64,000 bases of DNA. It comes from Pseudomonadota bacterium. GTDB lineage: Bacteria; Pseudomonadota; Gammaproteobacteria; Xanthomonadales; Rhodanobacteraceae. Below the pieces are notes generated by a model, which saw only the letters and a list, made by a program, of their open reading frames with translations, had not been told where the DNA came from and ran no database searches. The DNA lies in contig JAFEFS010000073.1 of assembly GCA_018240465.1 (NCBI GenBank), positions 6,008 to 70,007 on the forward strand, given 5' to 3'. This document shows positions 33,318 to 44,696 of this stretch, piece after piece. Within the stretch, counting starts at the first letter, position 1. Every line of letters starts with the position of its first letter. A program made the translations under genes and the position numbers.

Positions 33318-34403
33318 CTACGCGGCTACCGACTCAATCGCGGGCAAAACCCGCGGCGCGACGCCGCGCACCGCCTGCGCAATCGCACGGATGTGCGCGG
33401 GGCTCGTGCCGCAGCAGCCGCCGACGAGGTTGACCAGGCCGCTGGTCGCGAATTCGCCGACCACCGCGGCCATCTGCTCGGGCGTCTCGTCGTATTCGGC
33501 GAACGCGTTGGGCAAGCCGGCGTTCGGATGCGTGGACACATGGCACTCGGCGACGTTGGCCAACGCTTCGACGTACTGGCGCAGCTCGCTCGCGCCGAGC
33601 GCGCAGTTGAGGCCGATGGCCAGCGGCTGCGCGTGGCGCAGCGAGTAGTAGAACGCCTCGGCGGTCTGGCCGGAAAGCGTGCGGCCGGACAGGTCGGTGA
33701 TCGTGCCCGAGATCAGGATCGGCACGCGCGCGCCGCGGCGCTCGAATTCCTTGCCGATCGCGTACAGCGCGGCCTTGGCGTTGAGCGTGTCGAAAATCGT
33801 CTCGACCATGACCACGTCGGCACCGCCGTCGAGCAGGCCGCGCGTGGCTTCGCGATAGGCCGCATCGAGTTCCTCGAAACTCACATTGCGGAAGCCCGGA
33901 TTGTTGACGTCGGGCGAAATCGACGCCGTGCGGCTGGTCGGCCCAAGCACGCCGATGACGAAGCGCGGTTGCCCGGGAGTTTTCTGCTCGACCACATCGC
34001 AGCACTCGCGCGCGAGCCGCGCGCCTTCGCGATTGAGTTCGCAGGCGAGGTGTTCCAGGTGGTAGTCGGCCTGGCTGATCGTGGTCGAGTTGAACGTGTT
34101 CGTCTCGATCAGGTCGGCGCCGGCGTCCAGATACGCGGTGTGCACGGCCTTGATGATCTCGGGCTGGGTCAGCGAGAGCAGGTCGTTGTTGCCCTTGAGG
34201 TCGCAGCCGGGGCCGTGGTGTTCATGCTGATGATGCGCGTCGCGGCCTTCGGAGAAGCGCGATCCGCGGTAGCCGTCTTCCTCGAGCTTGTACGACTGCA
34301 GCATCGTACCCATCGCGCCGTCGATGACCAGGATGCGTTTGGCCAGCGCGTCGAGTAGCGCTTGCGTGCGGACCGGATTGAGCCAGGGCAGGGCGGTGTT
34401 CAT
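33318..34403 (-). CDS. metH: Methionine synthase, homocysteine S-methyltransferase (N-terminal) part
   Basis: [40 protein letters not shown]. Confidence 0.95.
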   Translation of the reverse strand: MNTALPWLNPVRTQALLDALAKRILVIDGAMGTMLQSYKLEEDGYRGSRFSEGRDAHHQHEHHGPGCDLKGNNDLLSLTQPEIIKAVHTAYLDAGADLIETNTFNSTTISQADYHLEHLACELNREGARLARECCDVVEQKTPGQPRFVIGVLGPTSRTASISPDVNNPGFRNVSFEELDAAYREATRGLLDGGADVVMVETIFDTLNAKAALYAIGKEFERRGARVPILISGTITDLSGRTLSGQTAEAFYYSLRHAQPLAIGLNCALGASELRQYVEALANVAECHVSTHPNAGLPNAFAEYDETPEQMAAVVGEFATSGLVNLVGGCCGTSPAHIRAIAQAVRGVAPRVLPAIESVAA

Positions 34404-34436
34404 TTCATTGCTCCAGACAAAACATTGCCGTATCGG

Positions 34437-35363
34437 TCATGGCTTTTGTGCCAGCAAGGACAACACTTCGAAGTGCGGCGGCCGGCGTTCGCGCGTCAGG
34501 CGCGTGCAGCTCAGCACCTCGAGGCCGGCCTTGCGCGCGAACTCGCGCAGCTCGGCATCCTTGAAGCCGAGGTTGCGGTGGTCGAACGGCGCGACCGCGG
34601 TGCGGTGCGCGTGCCGGGCCAGCGTGGTCACGAGCAGGCGTCCGCCGGGCTTGAGCACGCGCGCGGCCTCGACGACCGCCTGCGCCGGCGCGTCGCTGTA
34701 GGTAAGGGCGTGCATCGACAGCACAAGGTCGAACCGCTTCGAGTCGAGATTCAGCGCATGCATGTCGCCTGCTTGGACTTCGACGTTGTCGAACGTCTTC
34801 AGCCGCGCGCGCGCGGCATGGACCACGCGCTCGCTCGAGTCGATGCAGACGATGCTGCGCGCGTGCGGCGCGAGCAGTTCGGCCAGCGCGCCGTCGCCCG
34901 AGGCGATGTCGAGCACGTCGCCCGAGTCGATCAGCCCGGCCAGCGCGCGCGCCAGCGCTTCCCAGGTACGGCCCGGCGAATAGTGGCGCTCCATGTCGCC
35001 GGCGACGGTGTCCGCCCAGCCTTCGGCGCGCGCGCGTTCGGCGAGCACGGTGGGCAGGCGCTGCGCGTCGTTCTTGAGCAGGGCGTCGTCGATCGTCTCG
35101 CGCAGCGCATGCAGGAAGGACGACGACTTCGCATCCAGCTCGGAGTTGTAGCGATAATAGGCGGACACGCCGGCGCGGCGGTCGCGCACGAGGTCGGCCT
35201 CCTTGAGCTTGGCCAGGTGCGTCGACACGCGCGGCTGGGCGAGGCGCAGCACGTCGGACAGCTCGGCCACGGTCAGCTCCTCGCGTTCGAGCAGCGCGAG
35301 CAGCCGTACCCGGGTCGGGTCGGAAAGCAGGCGCAGCAGGGCCGAGGTCGAGGCGAGGTCCAT
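34437..35363 (-). CDS. ArsR-family regulator with C-terminal SAM-binding domain (SahR/SamR-like)
   Basis: LSDPTRVRLL, QPRVSTHLAKLKEADLV, ERHYSPGRTWEA, VLDIASGDG; heads the metH genes. Confidence 0.88.
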   Translation of the reverse strand: MDLASTSALLRLLSDPTRVRLLALLEREELTVAELSDVLRLAQPRVSTHLAKLKEADLVRDRRAGVSAYYRYNSELDAKSSSFLHALRETIDDALLKNDAQRLPTVLAERARAEGWADTVAGDMERHYSPGRTWEALARALAGLIDSGDVLDIASGDGALAELLAPHARSIVCIDSSERVVHAARARLKTFDNVEVQAGDMHALNLDSKRFDLVLSMHALTYSDAPAQAVVEAARVLKPGGRLLVTTLARHAHRTAVAPFDHRNLGFKDAELREFARKAGLEVLSCTRLTRERRPPHFEVLSLLAQKP

Positions 35364-35372
35364 TTATCCTTT

Positions 35373-35426
35373 TATCTTGATTGAAAGATATATGCGTAGA
35401 ATATGGGCGATGCGGCGCGGAGTCAA
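35373..35426 (-). promoter_or_regulatory. Promoter and candidate operator of the ArsR-metH operon
   Basis: Minus strand TTGACT (35426-35421), 17 bp, TATTCT (35403-35398); palindrome TATCTT-N6-AAGATA (35373-35390) just downstream. Confidence 0.7.
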
Positions 35427-35456
35427 TGTGGATGATGAGCGGAAAGCGGTGGCTTC

Positions 35457-35564
35457 GAGCAGTGAGCGGGCAGCCGTGAGCGGTGAGCGGGGAAGAGCGG
35501 GCGTTGCGCATCGTCGATGGTTTCCCGGCTTTTTCCGCTCACCGCTCACCGCTCACCGCTCGCT
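35457..35564. repeat. Inverted arrays of a heptamer (GTGAGCG / CCGCTCA)
   Basis: Degenerate GTGAGCG(G) copies 35462-35501; (CCGCTCA)3+CCGCTC at 35535-35561. Confidence 0.8.
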
Positions 35565-36324
35565 GATCCTCGGCCTCTGCACTTGGTTCGCCGCCATGCC
35601 CGCACACGCCATCGACAATGCCGCGCTCGGTAAATACTGGACCGACGACTCCATGCGCGTGCCGTATCGCGCGATCGTCACGCCCGGGCGCGAAAACAAC
35701 GAATTGCTGCCACTGGTGATCTTCCTGCACGGCGATTGGCAGGATGGCACCGACAACGAATCCCAACTCGGCGGCTACGGCAACGGCTCGATGGAACTGA
35801 TCGACCGGGCGATTTCAACGAACGTGCCGTTCGTCTATATCGCGCCGGAAACGACCAACGCCTACTGGCCGCCGGCGCGCGTCGCCGCGGTCGTGCGCGA
35901 TGCGTTCAAGCGCTTCCCGATCGACCGGCGGCGCGTGATCCTGACCGGCATTTCCGATGGCGCCACGGGCGTGTGGGACACGCTCAAGACCTGGCCCGCG
36001 TGCTTCGCCGCCGGCGTGCCGATGTCGGGGATGACGGAAACCTCGGGGCTCGCGCCCATCGCGCTTGTGCCGCAGTGGGTGTTCCACGGCGGCAAGGACA
36101 ACGACACCGACGTGGAGAAAGGCTACGACGGCGAAATGGTCGGTTCGCGCGCGGTCGTACGCGCGCTGCGCGCGATGGGCGGCAGGCCGATCTATACCGA
36201 GTATCCGGAGGAAATGCACGTCATCTGGCATCGCGCCTATGCGACGCCGGGCCTGCTCGGCTGGATGCTCAATCAGCGCCTGCGCGGCAAGGCCTGCGAT
36301 TTCGCCGACTACGCAACGCGGTAA
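35476..36324 (+). CDS. Secreted alpha/beta hydrolase (COG4099-like predicted peptidase/esterase); start uncertain
   Basis: LPLVIFLHG, TGISDGATG (GxSxG), WVFHGGKD, HVIW; signal LILGLCTWFAAMPAHA; only GTG starts in frame upstream. Confidence 0.7.
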   Translation: MSGERGRAGVAHRRWFPGFFRSPLTAHRSLILGLCTWFAAMPAHAIDNAALGKYWTDDSMRVPYRAIVTPGRENNELLPLVIFLHGDWQDGTDNESQLGGYGNGSMELIDRAISTNVPFVYIAPETTNAYWPPARVAAVVRDAFKRFPIDRRRVILTGISDGATGVWDTLKTWPACFAAGVPMSGMTETSGLAPIALVPQWVFHGGKDNDTDVEKGYDGEMVGSRAVVRALRAMGGRPIYTEYPEEMHVIWHRAYATPGLLGWMLNQRLRGKACDFADYATR

Positions 36325-36371
36325 GATGGCCAGCCTCGCTTTTGCTCGAAAAACACTCATCTGGAGCCGTC

Positions 36372-37532
<1,161 letters not shown>

Positions 37533-37659
37533 ACTGAATGCAATCTGAACTTTTCTCTGACAACGCTACTCTTTAGCGCCGAACCTGAGCGGATGCCACG
37601 TGCAATGCGGGGTGTTCGTATAAAAACGGGCCGCGCCCAAACTGCGGAGGAGTGACGAT

Positions 37660-38967
37660 ATGTTGCGCTTCATCTTGCTGTTGAGCTTTATTCTTGGTCT
37701 GTGCCAAACCGCCACCGCCGGTGTGGTGTGGGTTGCCGACGGCGACTGTGTTGCAATTCAAAGCGCAGCGGCGCAGGCCGCGAATCGGCCCACGACCATT
37801 CAACTCGCCCGCGGCGGAAGCTACGTCAGCAACGACACGGCCTGCTCGATCAGCGTCGGGCAGGGCAAACTGGTCGTTGAAGGCAATGGAGCAACGATCC
37901 GGGCACGACAGATTTGCGGATTGGGGACGGCTTTCAACGTCGGTCCCGGCGTAGTGCTGACGGTGCGCAATTTGAAGCTTGTGGACGAAACCGACACTTG
38001 CATGGGTAGCGTGCCCAGCGGACTGTTCCGCAATGGTGGTGCGCTCTATCTGGAGAACGTGACCGTTTTCGGGAACTCGCTCGGCACGACGCTGCGGAGC
38101 TTTGCGCCAGCGGATGTGACGCTGCGCAATACGACCTGGATCGGAGCGTCTCTGACCGGCACCTTCACTGCCTACAACTCCACGTTCGTCGATTCGTCAC
38201 TGACGATGGGCCCGTGTGGCATGAACCCGATGATTTGCAATGGAATCACGTTGTCCAATTCGCTGCTCTCTTCGAACAAGCAGATTTGTTTCCAGACCAA
38301 CGGAACGCCGCTGACTTCGTTCGGTGGAAATGTGCTGACCGATCCCGGGTGTGGGCCCTCCGCGAGCACAGGCGACAAAGTCGTTTCGGATATGGGCTTG
38401 CCCGCACCAGCCGACCACGGCGGTCTCGTGCCGACCGTGCAAATCGACTACGCCAGCCCGGCCTATCGCGCCGGCGTCGCGCAATACTGCGAGGCCACCG
38501 ATGCGCGCGGCGTCACGCGCAACGCGGTGAACTGCGATGCTGGTGCCTACGAGTTCGGCGGCGGTGTGGGCCTGGTGACGGCGAACGGCATGAACGGGCT
38601 CTACTACGTGCCGGGCATCGCCAACGGCCACTATGTGTCGTTGCGGCGCATCCACGACAACAAGGATGTCATGGTGTTCTGGACCACGTTCGACAACAAC
38701 GGCAACCAGGCCTGGATCTACGGTGTCGGCACGTTGACCTCGGATCGGCACATCCACGCGCAGATGGCACGCAATACCGGCGGCGTGTTGCAGCCGGGCG
38801 GTGCGCCGACGGGGGCGAAGGCGAGTCCGTGGGGCACGGTGGACATCGATCTGACGAGTTGCGCGGCGGCGCAATTCAATTACCAGTCCGATCTGCCTGA
38901 GTTCGGCAGCGGCCAGTTTCCGCTGAGCCGGCTGGCGTTCGAATCCGCGATCGACTGTGGAGACTGA
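37660..38967 (+). CDS. Secreted protein with choice-of-anchor Q-like repeat region and C-terminal beta domain
   Basis: Signal peptide; ADHGGLVPT, SPAYRAG, DARGVTR, CDAGAYE pattern; less GC3-biased than flanks. Confidence 0.65.
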   Translation: MLRFILLLSFILGLCQTATAGVVWVADGDCVAIQSAAAQAANRPTTIQLARGGSYVSNDTACSISVGQGKLVVEGNGATIRARQICGLGTAFNVGPGVVLTVRNLKLVDETDTCMGSVPSGLFRNGGALYLENVTVFGNSLGTTLRSFAPADVTLRNTTWIGASLTGTFTAYNSTFVDSSLTMGPCGMNPMICNGITLSNSLLSSNKQICFQTNGTPLTSFGGNVLTDPGCGPSASTGDKVVSDMGLPAPADHGGLVPTVQIDYASPAYRAGVAQYCEATDARGVTRNAVNCDAGAYEFGGGVGLVTANGMNGLYYVPGIANGHYVSLRRIHDNKDVMVFWTTFDNNGNQAWIYGVGTLTSDRHIHAQMARNTGGVLQPGGAPTGAKASPWGTVDIDLTSCAAAQFNYQSDLPEFGSGQFPLSRLAFESAIDCGD

Positions 38968-39131
38968 AATTGACGGGCATGTGCCTGTCCGCATGAATGC
39001 GAACATCGCAGCATCCCGTCTGCGGCGTTCCGTTTCCGCACGCGGCAGTGAAAGTCAGGCACCTGCACACGCGTGCAGCTCGCCACGCAGGCATTCGAAA
39101 TGGCTTCGCCGGTTCGAGTGCATTTGAAAGG

Positions 39132-39160
39132 AGGGGCGCCGCATGGCGCCCTTTGCTTTT
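39132..39160 (+). terminator. Intrinsic terminator
   Basis: GGGCGCC-GCAT-GGCGCCC followed by TTTGCTTTT. Confidence 0.6.
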
Positions 39161-39356
39161 GGAAGAAGCGCGGATTCGTTGTGCCTCCATGTTGCAACGC
39201 GGCGAGGAATTCCGAAGGATCGTGAACGCTTGCTGAGGCGGAGCGATGGGCAGCTACGCCGAAGTGGCTCCATCGCCTGCAAGCAAAGCGGCTTATAATT
39301 CGCGTTCGATCCGGCATCGGGCCGGAGCCACTCACGCCAGGGACTTCCGATCCGCC

Positions 39357-42300
39357 ATGAACGCGAAACTCGCACCGGCCGACACCACGATCGACGCCAT
39401 CCTCACCGAGCTGCAGCCGCATCTTTCCTCCGCGGCACAAGTCCAGCAGGCGCGCACTTTCGTCAGCCAGTTTTTCAGCCGCGTCGCCGGCGACGACGTC
39501 GCCGTGCGCGATGCGAAGACCTGGGCGGCGCTGCTGCACGGGCTGATGGATTTCATCCGCGTGCGCGCGGCGAACACGCCGAGCGTGCGCGTGTTCAACC
39601 CGAGCCTGGAGAACGACGGCTGGGAGTCGAACTACACGGCCGTGCAGATCGCGACGAACGACATGCCGTTCCTCGTCGACTCGGTCGGCATCGCCGCGCA
39701 CGAACACGGTTTGGCGCTGCATGGCCTGATCCATCCGGTGTATTTCATCGCGCGCGATCCGGGCGGCAACCTGCTCAACCTCGCGCTCGACGACGCGCAC
39801 AAGGGCAGGCCCGAGTCGGTGATGTATCTCGAAGTCGATCGCCTGAGCGAGCCGGCCGAGATGGAGCGCCTGCAGAAGGCCATGCAGCTCGCGCTGCACG
39901 ACGTCGCCGCGGCCGTCGCCGACTGGCCGGTGATGAAGGCGAAGATGCTCGAGATGGCCGACAATGTCGGCAAGTGGAAGCTGCCGCTGGACGCGGCCGG
40001 CGTCGCCGAGGCGCAGGAGTTCCTGCGCTGGGCGGCGGCGGACCATTTCACCTTCCTCGGCTACCGCGAATACCACGTCGTCAAGAAGGGCGACGACGAA
40101 GTGCTCGAGGCCTCGCCGAAAACCGGCCTCGGCATCCTGCGCGGCAGCGAGAAGCAGGTCGCGCCGCGCTCGCTTAAGACGCTGGTGTCGCACGAGCTGC
40201 GCAAGTCGGGCACGGGCGACGCGGTGATCCTGACCAAGACCAACGCGCGCTCGACCGTGCACCGCGGCGGTTACATGGACTACATCGGCGTGCTCGAATT
40301 CGACGACAAGGGCATGCCGACCGCCGAGCATCGTTTCCTCGGCCTCTATGCCTCGGGCGCCTACACGCGCCGGCCGTGGGAGATCCCGCTCGTGCGGCAG
40401 AAGTACGAGGCGGTGATGGACCGCGCGGGCTACAAGCGCGACTCGCATTCGGGCAAGACCCTGCGCAACGTCCTCGAGACGCTGCCGCGCGAGGAGCTGT
40501 TCCAATCGAGCGAGAACGAACTGTTCGATACCGCGGGCGGCATCATGCACCTGCAGGGCCGCGCGCGTTCGCGCCTGTTCGTGCGCCGCGACAAGTACGG
40601 CCGCTTCTTCTCCTGCCTCGTGTTCGTGCCGCGCGAGCGCTTCAACACCGATGTGCGCGAGCGCATCGAGGCGCTGCTCAAGCGCGCCTTCCACGGCGAG
40701 CGCGTCGATTCCTCGGTGCAGATGGGCGAGTCGCCGCTCGCGCGCGTGCATCTGGTGATCCGGCCGAAGCCGGGCGACAAGCCTGGCTACGACGTCGCCG
40801 AACTCGAAGCGAAGATCGGCCAGGTCGTGCGCAACTGGCACGACGAACTGCGCGAAACGCTGGTCAAGAAACACGGCGAGGACAAGGGCTCGCGCCTGGC
40901 CAACCGCTACGGAAGGGCGTTGCCGGCGGGCTACATCGAAGAGGTTTCCTCGGCCGTCGCCGCAGCCGACGTCGAAGCGGCGGCGAGCCTGAAGAACGCC
41001 GATGACATCCGCCTGAATCTCTACCGCTCGCGCGGCGAGACCAATTTGCGCTTCAAGCTGTTCCGCTACGGCGCGCCGATCACGCTGACCGAAGTGCTGC
41101 CGATGCTCGAGAACATGGGCATGAAGGTGCTGTCCGAGCATCCGTACGAGATGCACGTCGGCGACACGTCGATCGTGATCCAGGATTTCGAGGTGCAACC
41201 GGCCGGCCGTTTCGACTTCGATCTCGACACCGTGCGCGACACGTTCCAGCAGAGCTTCGAGCGCATCTGGCGCGGCCAGACCGAGAGCGACGGCTTCAAC
41301 AAGCTGATCCTCGGCGCCAACCTCGACTGGCGCCAGGTCGCGATGCTGCGCGGCGTGTGCAAGTACCTGCTGCAGGCCGGCGTGCCGTTCTCGCAGAGCT
41401 ACATGGAGGAGACGCTCAACCGTTATCCGCTGATCGCGGCGTTTTTCATCGTGCTGTTCGAGACCAAGTTCGATCCCGCGCGCGACAAGTGGACGAAGGC
41501 CGAGATCGAGCAGCAGAAGAAGCGCCTGCAGAAGGAAATCGACACGCTGCTGCCGGAAACGATGAAAGAACAGCGCGGCATGATCGTCGACGCCGTCGTT
41601 GCCGCTTGTGCGCAGACGCGCGAGGAGCAGTACAAGGCCGCCGTTGATGCGGTCAAGTCGCTGCTCGACAACGTCGCCAGCCTCGACGAGGACCGCATCC
41701 TGCGCGCCTACCTCGGCACGATCGGTGCGATGCTGCGCACGAGCTATTTCCAGACGCCCGAAGGCAAGCACCGCGAGTACATCTCGTTCAAGTTCGATCC
41801 GTCCAGGGTGCCGGACCTGCCGAAGCCGCGGCCGTACCGCGAGATCTTCGTCTATGCACCGCGCGTGGAGGCAGTGCACCTGAGGTTCGGGCCGGTCGCG
41901 CGCGGCGGCCTGCGCTGGTCGGACCGGCGCGAGGATTTCCGCACCGAGGTGCTCGGCCTGGTCAAGGCGCAGATGGTGAAGAACACCGTCATCGTGCCGG
42001 TCGGCTCGAAGGGCGGTTTCTTCGTCAAGCGTCCGCCGCTTGGCGGCGACCGCGATGCGCAGCTCGCCGAAGGCATCGCCTGCTATCGCCTGTTCATGAA
42101 CGCCATGCTCGATATCACCGACAACCTCGTCGACGGCAAGGTGGTGAATCCGCAGAACTGCGTGCGCCACGACGCCGACGATCCGTATCTCGTCGTCGCC
42201 GCGGACAAGGGTACGGCGACGTTCTCCGACATCGCCAACGCGATTTCGATCGAGCACGATTTCTGGCTCGGCGACGCGTTCGCCTCGGGCGGCTCGGTCG

Positions 42301-44318
42301 GCTACGACCACAAGGCCATGGGCATCACCGCGAAGGGTGGGTGGGAATCGGTCAAGCGCCACTTCCGCGCGCTCGGCCGCGATTCGCAATCGCAGGACTT
42401 CACCTGCGTGGGCATCGGCGACATGTCCGGCGACGTGTTCGGCAACGGCATGCTGCTGTCGAAGCACATCCGCCTCGTCGCCGCGTTCGACCACCGCCAC
42501 ATCTTCCTCGATCCGAACCCGGATGCGGCCAGGACCTTCCCCGAGCGCGAGCGCATGTTCAAGCTGCCGCGTTCGTCGTGGGCCGACTACGATGCGAAGT
42601 TGATCTCGAAGGGCGGCGGCATTTATCCGCTGACCGCGAAGTCGATTGCGATCTCGCCCGAAGTGCGCGCCGCGCTCGGCATCGACGACGGCGTCGAGGC
42701 GCTGTCGCCGAACGACCTCAAGCGTGCGATCCTCAAGGCGCCGGTCGACCTGCTCTGGAACGGCGGCATCGGCACCTACGTCAAGGCCGAAGTCGAGACC
42801 AACGCCGATGTCGGCGACCGCGCCAACAACGCGATCCGCATCAACGGCAAGGAATTGCGCAGCAAGCTGATCGGCGAGGGCGGCAACCTCGGCTTCACCC
42901 AGCGCGGGCGCATCGAAGCGGCGCTCAATGGTGTGTTGTTGAATACCGACTTCATCGACAACTCGGCCGGCGTAGACACCTCCGACCACGAGGTCAACAT
43001 CAAGATCCTGCTCGGCGACGCGGTGCAGCGCGGCGAGCTGACGATGGACCAGCGCAACAAGCAGCTCGCGGCGATGACCGACGAGGTCGAGCGCCTCGTC
43101 CTCGCCGACAACTACCGCCAGAACCAGGCGATCAGCCTGATGGAGCGCATGTCGGTCGCGCGTCTCGGTTCCAAGCAGCATTTCATCCGCACGCTGGAAT
43201 CGCAGGGCTTGCTGGACAGGCAGATCGAGTTCCTGCCGAGCGACGCCGAGTTCGCCGAGCGCAAGGCGCGCGGCCTCGGCCTGACGCGCCCGGAACTCGC
43301 CGTGCTGCTGTCGTATTCGAAGATCGTGCTGTTCCAGCAGTTGCTCGAATCCGACGTACCGGAGGATGCGTACCTGTCGAAGGAGCTGCGCCGCTATTTC
43401 CCGGTGCCGCTGCAGGAGAAGTACGCCGAGCACATGGAGCGCCATCGCCTGAAGCGCGAGATCATCGCCACCGCGGTGACCAACTCGATGGTCAACCGCA
43501 TGGGCGCGACCTTCGTCCTGCGCATGGGCGAGGACACCGGCAAGACGCCGGCGCAGGTCGCGCGTGCGTTCAACATCGCGCGCGAAGTGTTCGATGCGCG
43601 CAACATGTGGGCGCAGATCGAGGCGCTCGACGGCAAGGTCAACGGCAACGCGCAGATCGACGCGCTGCTCGTGATCTGGCAGTGCCTGCGCGGCACCACG
43701 CGCTGGTTGCTCAACCATGCCGACGAAGGACTCGACATCGCCGCCGCCGTGGCCCGATACCACAAGGGCATGCAGGAACTGCGCAAGCAGCTCTACGACG
43801 TGGTCACGCCGAGCGAGCGCGCGATCTACGAGAGCGAGCAGCGCCGCTGGAAGGAGGCCGGCTTCCCCGACGCGCTCGGCAACGAACTCGCCGGCCTGCG
43901 CACGCCGGGCTCGGGCCTCGACATCATCCACGTCGCCAGCGACCACAAGCTCAGGATCGGCGAGGCGGCCGAGGTGTATTTCGGCCTCGGCGAATCGCTC
44001 AACCTCAACTGGCTGATGCAGAAGATCGAGGCGTTGCCGGTCGAATCGCAATGGCACGCGCAGGCGCGCGGCGGCCTGCGCGACGAACTCTACGCGCAGC
44101 ATCGCGCGCTGACCGCGCAGGTGCTCGAGGGCGGCAAGAAAGGCGCGAAGGGCAGCGATCTGGTCGCCGCATGGCTCGGCCGCGACGATGCCTCGCTCAA
44201 GTTCACGCTCGCGATGTTCGCCGACATGCGCTCGCAGGTGGTGACCGACTATCCGATCATCTCGGTCGCGGTGCGCCGTCTCGCCCAGCTCGTGCAGGCG
44301 GGGGCGCAGTCGTCGTGA
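39357..44318 (+). CDS. gdhB: NAD-specific glutamate dehydrogenase, large type
   Basis: About 1650 aa; DMPFLVDS, RGGLRWSDRREDFRTEVLGLVKAQMVKN, YLVVAADKGTATFSD, DNSAGVDTSDHEVNIKI; ATG 39357. Confidence 0.96.
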   Translation: MNAKLAPADTTIDAILTELQPHLSSAAQVQQARTFVSQFFSRVAGDDVAVRDAKTWAALLHGLMDFIRVRAANTPSVRVFNPSLENDGWESNYTAVQIATNDMPFLVDSVGIAAHEHGLALHGLIHPVYFIARDPGGNLLNLALDDAHKGRPESVMYLEVDRLSEPAEMERLQKAMQLALHDVAAAVADWPVMKAKMLEMADNVGKWKLPLDAAGVAEAQEFLRWAAADHFTFLGYREYHVVKKGDDEVLEASPKTGLGILRGSEKQVAPRSLKTLVSHELRKSGTGDAVILTKTNARSTVHRGGYMDYIGVLEFDDKGMPTAEHRFLGLYASGAYTRRPWEIPLVRQKYEAVMDRAGYKRDSHSGKTLRNVLETLPREELFQSSENELFDTAGGIMHLQGRARSRLFVRRDKYGRFFSCLVFVPRERFNTDVRERIEALLKRAFHGERVDSSVQMGESPLARVHLVIRPKPGDKPGYDVAELEAKIGQVVRNWHDELRETLVKKHGEDKGSRLANRYGRALPAGYIEEVSSAVAAADVEAAASLKNADDIRLNLYRSRGETNLRFKLFRYGAPITLTEVLPMLENMGMKVLSEHPYEMHVGDTSIVIQDFEVQPAGRFDFDLDTVRDTFQQSFERIWRGQTESDGFNKLILGANLDWRQVAMLRGVCKYLLQAGVPFSQSYMEETLNRYPLIAAFFIVLFETKFDPARDKWTKAEIEQQKKRLQKEIDTLLPETMKEQRGMIVDAVVAACAQTREEQYKAAVDAVKSLLDNVASLDEDRILRAYLGTIGAMLRTSYFQTPEGKHREYISFKFDPSRVPDLPKPRPYREIFVYAPRVEAVHLRFGPVARGGLRWSDRREDFRTEVLGLVKAQMVKNTVIVPVGSKGGFFVKRPPLGGDRDAQLAEGIACYRLFMNAMLDITDNLVDGKVVNPQNCVRHDADDPYLVVAADKGTATFSDIANAISIEHDFWLGDAFASGGSVGYDHKAMGITAKGGWESVKRHFRALGRDSQSQDFTCVGIGDMSGDVFGNGMLLSKHIRLVAAFDHRHIFLDPNPDAARTFPERERMFKLPRSSWADYDAKLISKGGGIYPLTAKSIAISPEVRAALGIDDGVEALSPNDLKRAILKAPVDLLWNGGIGTYVKAEVETNADVGDRANNAIRINGKELRSKLIGEGGNLGFTQRGRIEAALNGVLLNTDFIDNSAGVDTSDHEVNIKILLGDAVQRGELTMDQRNKQLAAMTDEVERLVLADNYRQNQAISLMERMSVARLGSKQHFIRTLESQGLLDRQIEFLPSDAEFAERKARGLGLTRPELAVLLSYSKIVLFQQLLESDVPEDAYLSKELRRYFPVPLQEKYAEHMERHRLKREIIATAVTNSMVNRMGATFVLRMGEDTGKTPAQVARAFNIAREVFDARNMWAQIEALDGKVNGNAQIDALLVIWQCLRGTTRWLLNHADEGLDIAAAVARYHKGMQELRKQLYDVVTPSERAIYESEQRRWKEAGFPDALGNELAGLRTPGSGLDIIHVASDHKLRIGEAAEVYFGLGESLNLNWLMQKIEALPVESQWHAQARGGLRDELYAQHRALTAQVLEGGKKGAKGSDLVAAWLGRDDASLKFTLAMFADMRSQVVTDYPIISVAVRRLAQLVQAGAQSS

Positions 44319-44403
44319 TGGCGCTTGCGGGCATGCTGCTCGCGGCGCAGTAGGAACGGCCGGCAAGGGTTGACCTGATTCGCGTCGGACGTCAGTGCGG
44401 CAC

Positions 44404-44537
44404 AAGCCCCCTCATCAGAGCTGGCGTGGGGGAGAGGCATGGGGGCGCTTCTCGCTCTGGCCTTTCACGATGATCGAAAGCCCCTCACCCCAAGCTCTCT
44501 CCCTCAACGAGCCGTTGCTGCGCTGAGTGTTGGGGCT
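44404..44537. repeat. Decayed CCCCTC...GAGGGG-type palindromic repeats left of the AT-rich cassette
   Basis: AAGCCCCCTC...GGGGGAGAGG (44404-44437) and AAGCCCCTCACCCCAAGCTCTCTCCC...GGGGCT (44478-44537). Confidence 0.55.
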
Positions 44538-44696
44538 AATCAGGAATCCGAAACAAGCGAGGCCTCGGTCGCAGATTTCGGTTGTTAAAGATTTCCAAAT
44601 TAAATTATTAATCTTTTGTTATCAAATTCTTGACAAATCAATTGTTACCTTCGACTCGCGCTGGGTAGAGCGCCAAACTGGTCGGAGAGAGTAGCT

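Noticed and set aside
35457-35564. Tandem repeats as a possible CRISPR array
   Set aside because: 7-bp units without unique spacers, and no cas genes; the other repeats are dispersed hairpins.
38981-39062. Possible structured ncRNA in the gap before gdhB (GTGCCTG...CAGGCAC closing stem)
   Set aside because: Only short stems, which arise by chance in GC-rich DNA; no riboswitch consensus recognised.
44630-44660. TTGACA as the -35 of the S8 peptidase promoter
   Set aside because: No acceptable -10 hexamer at 16-18 bp spacing.
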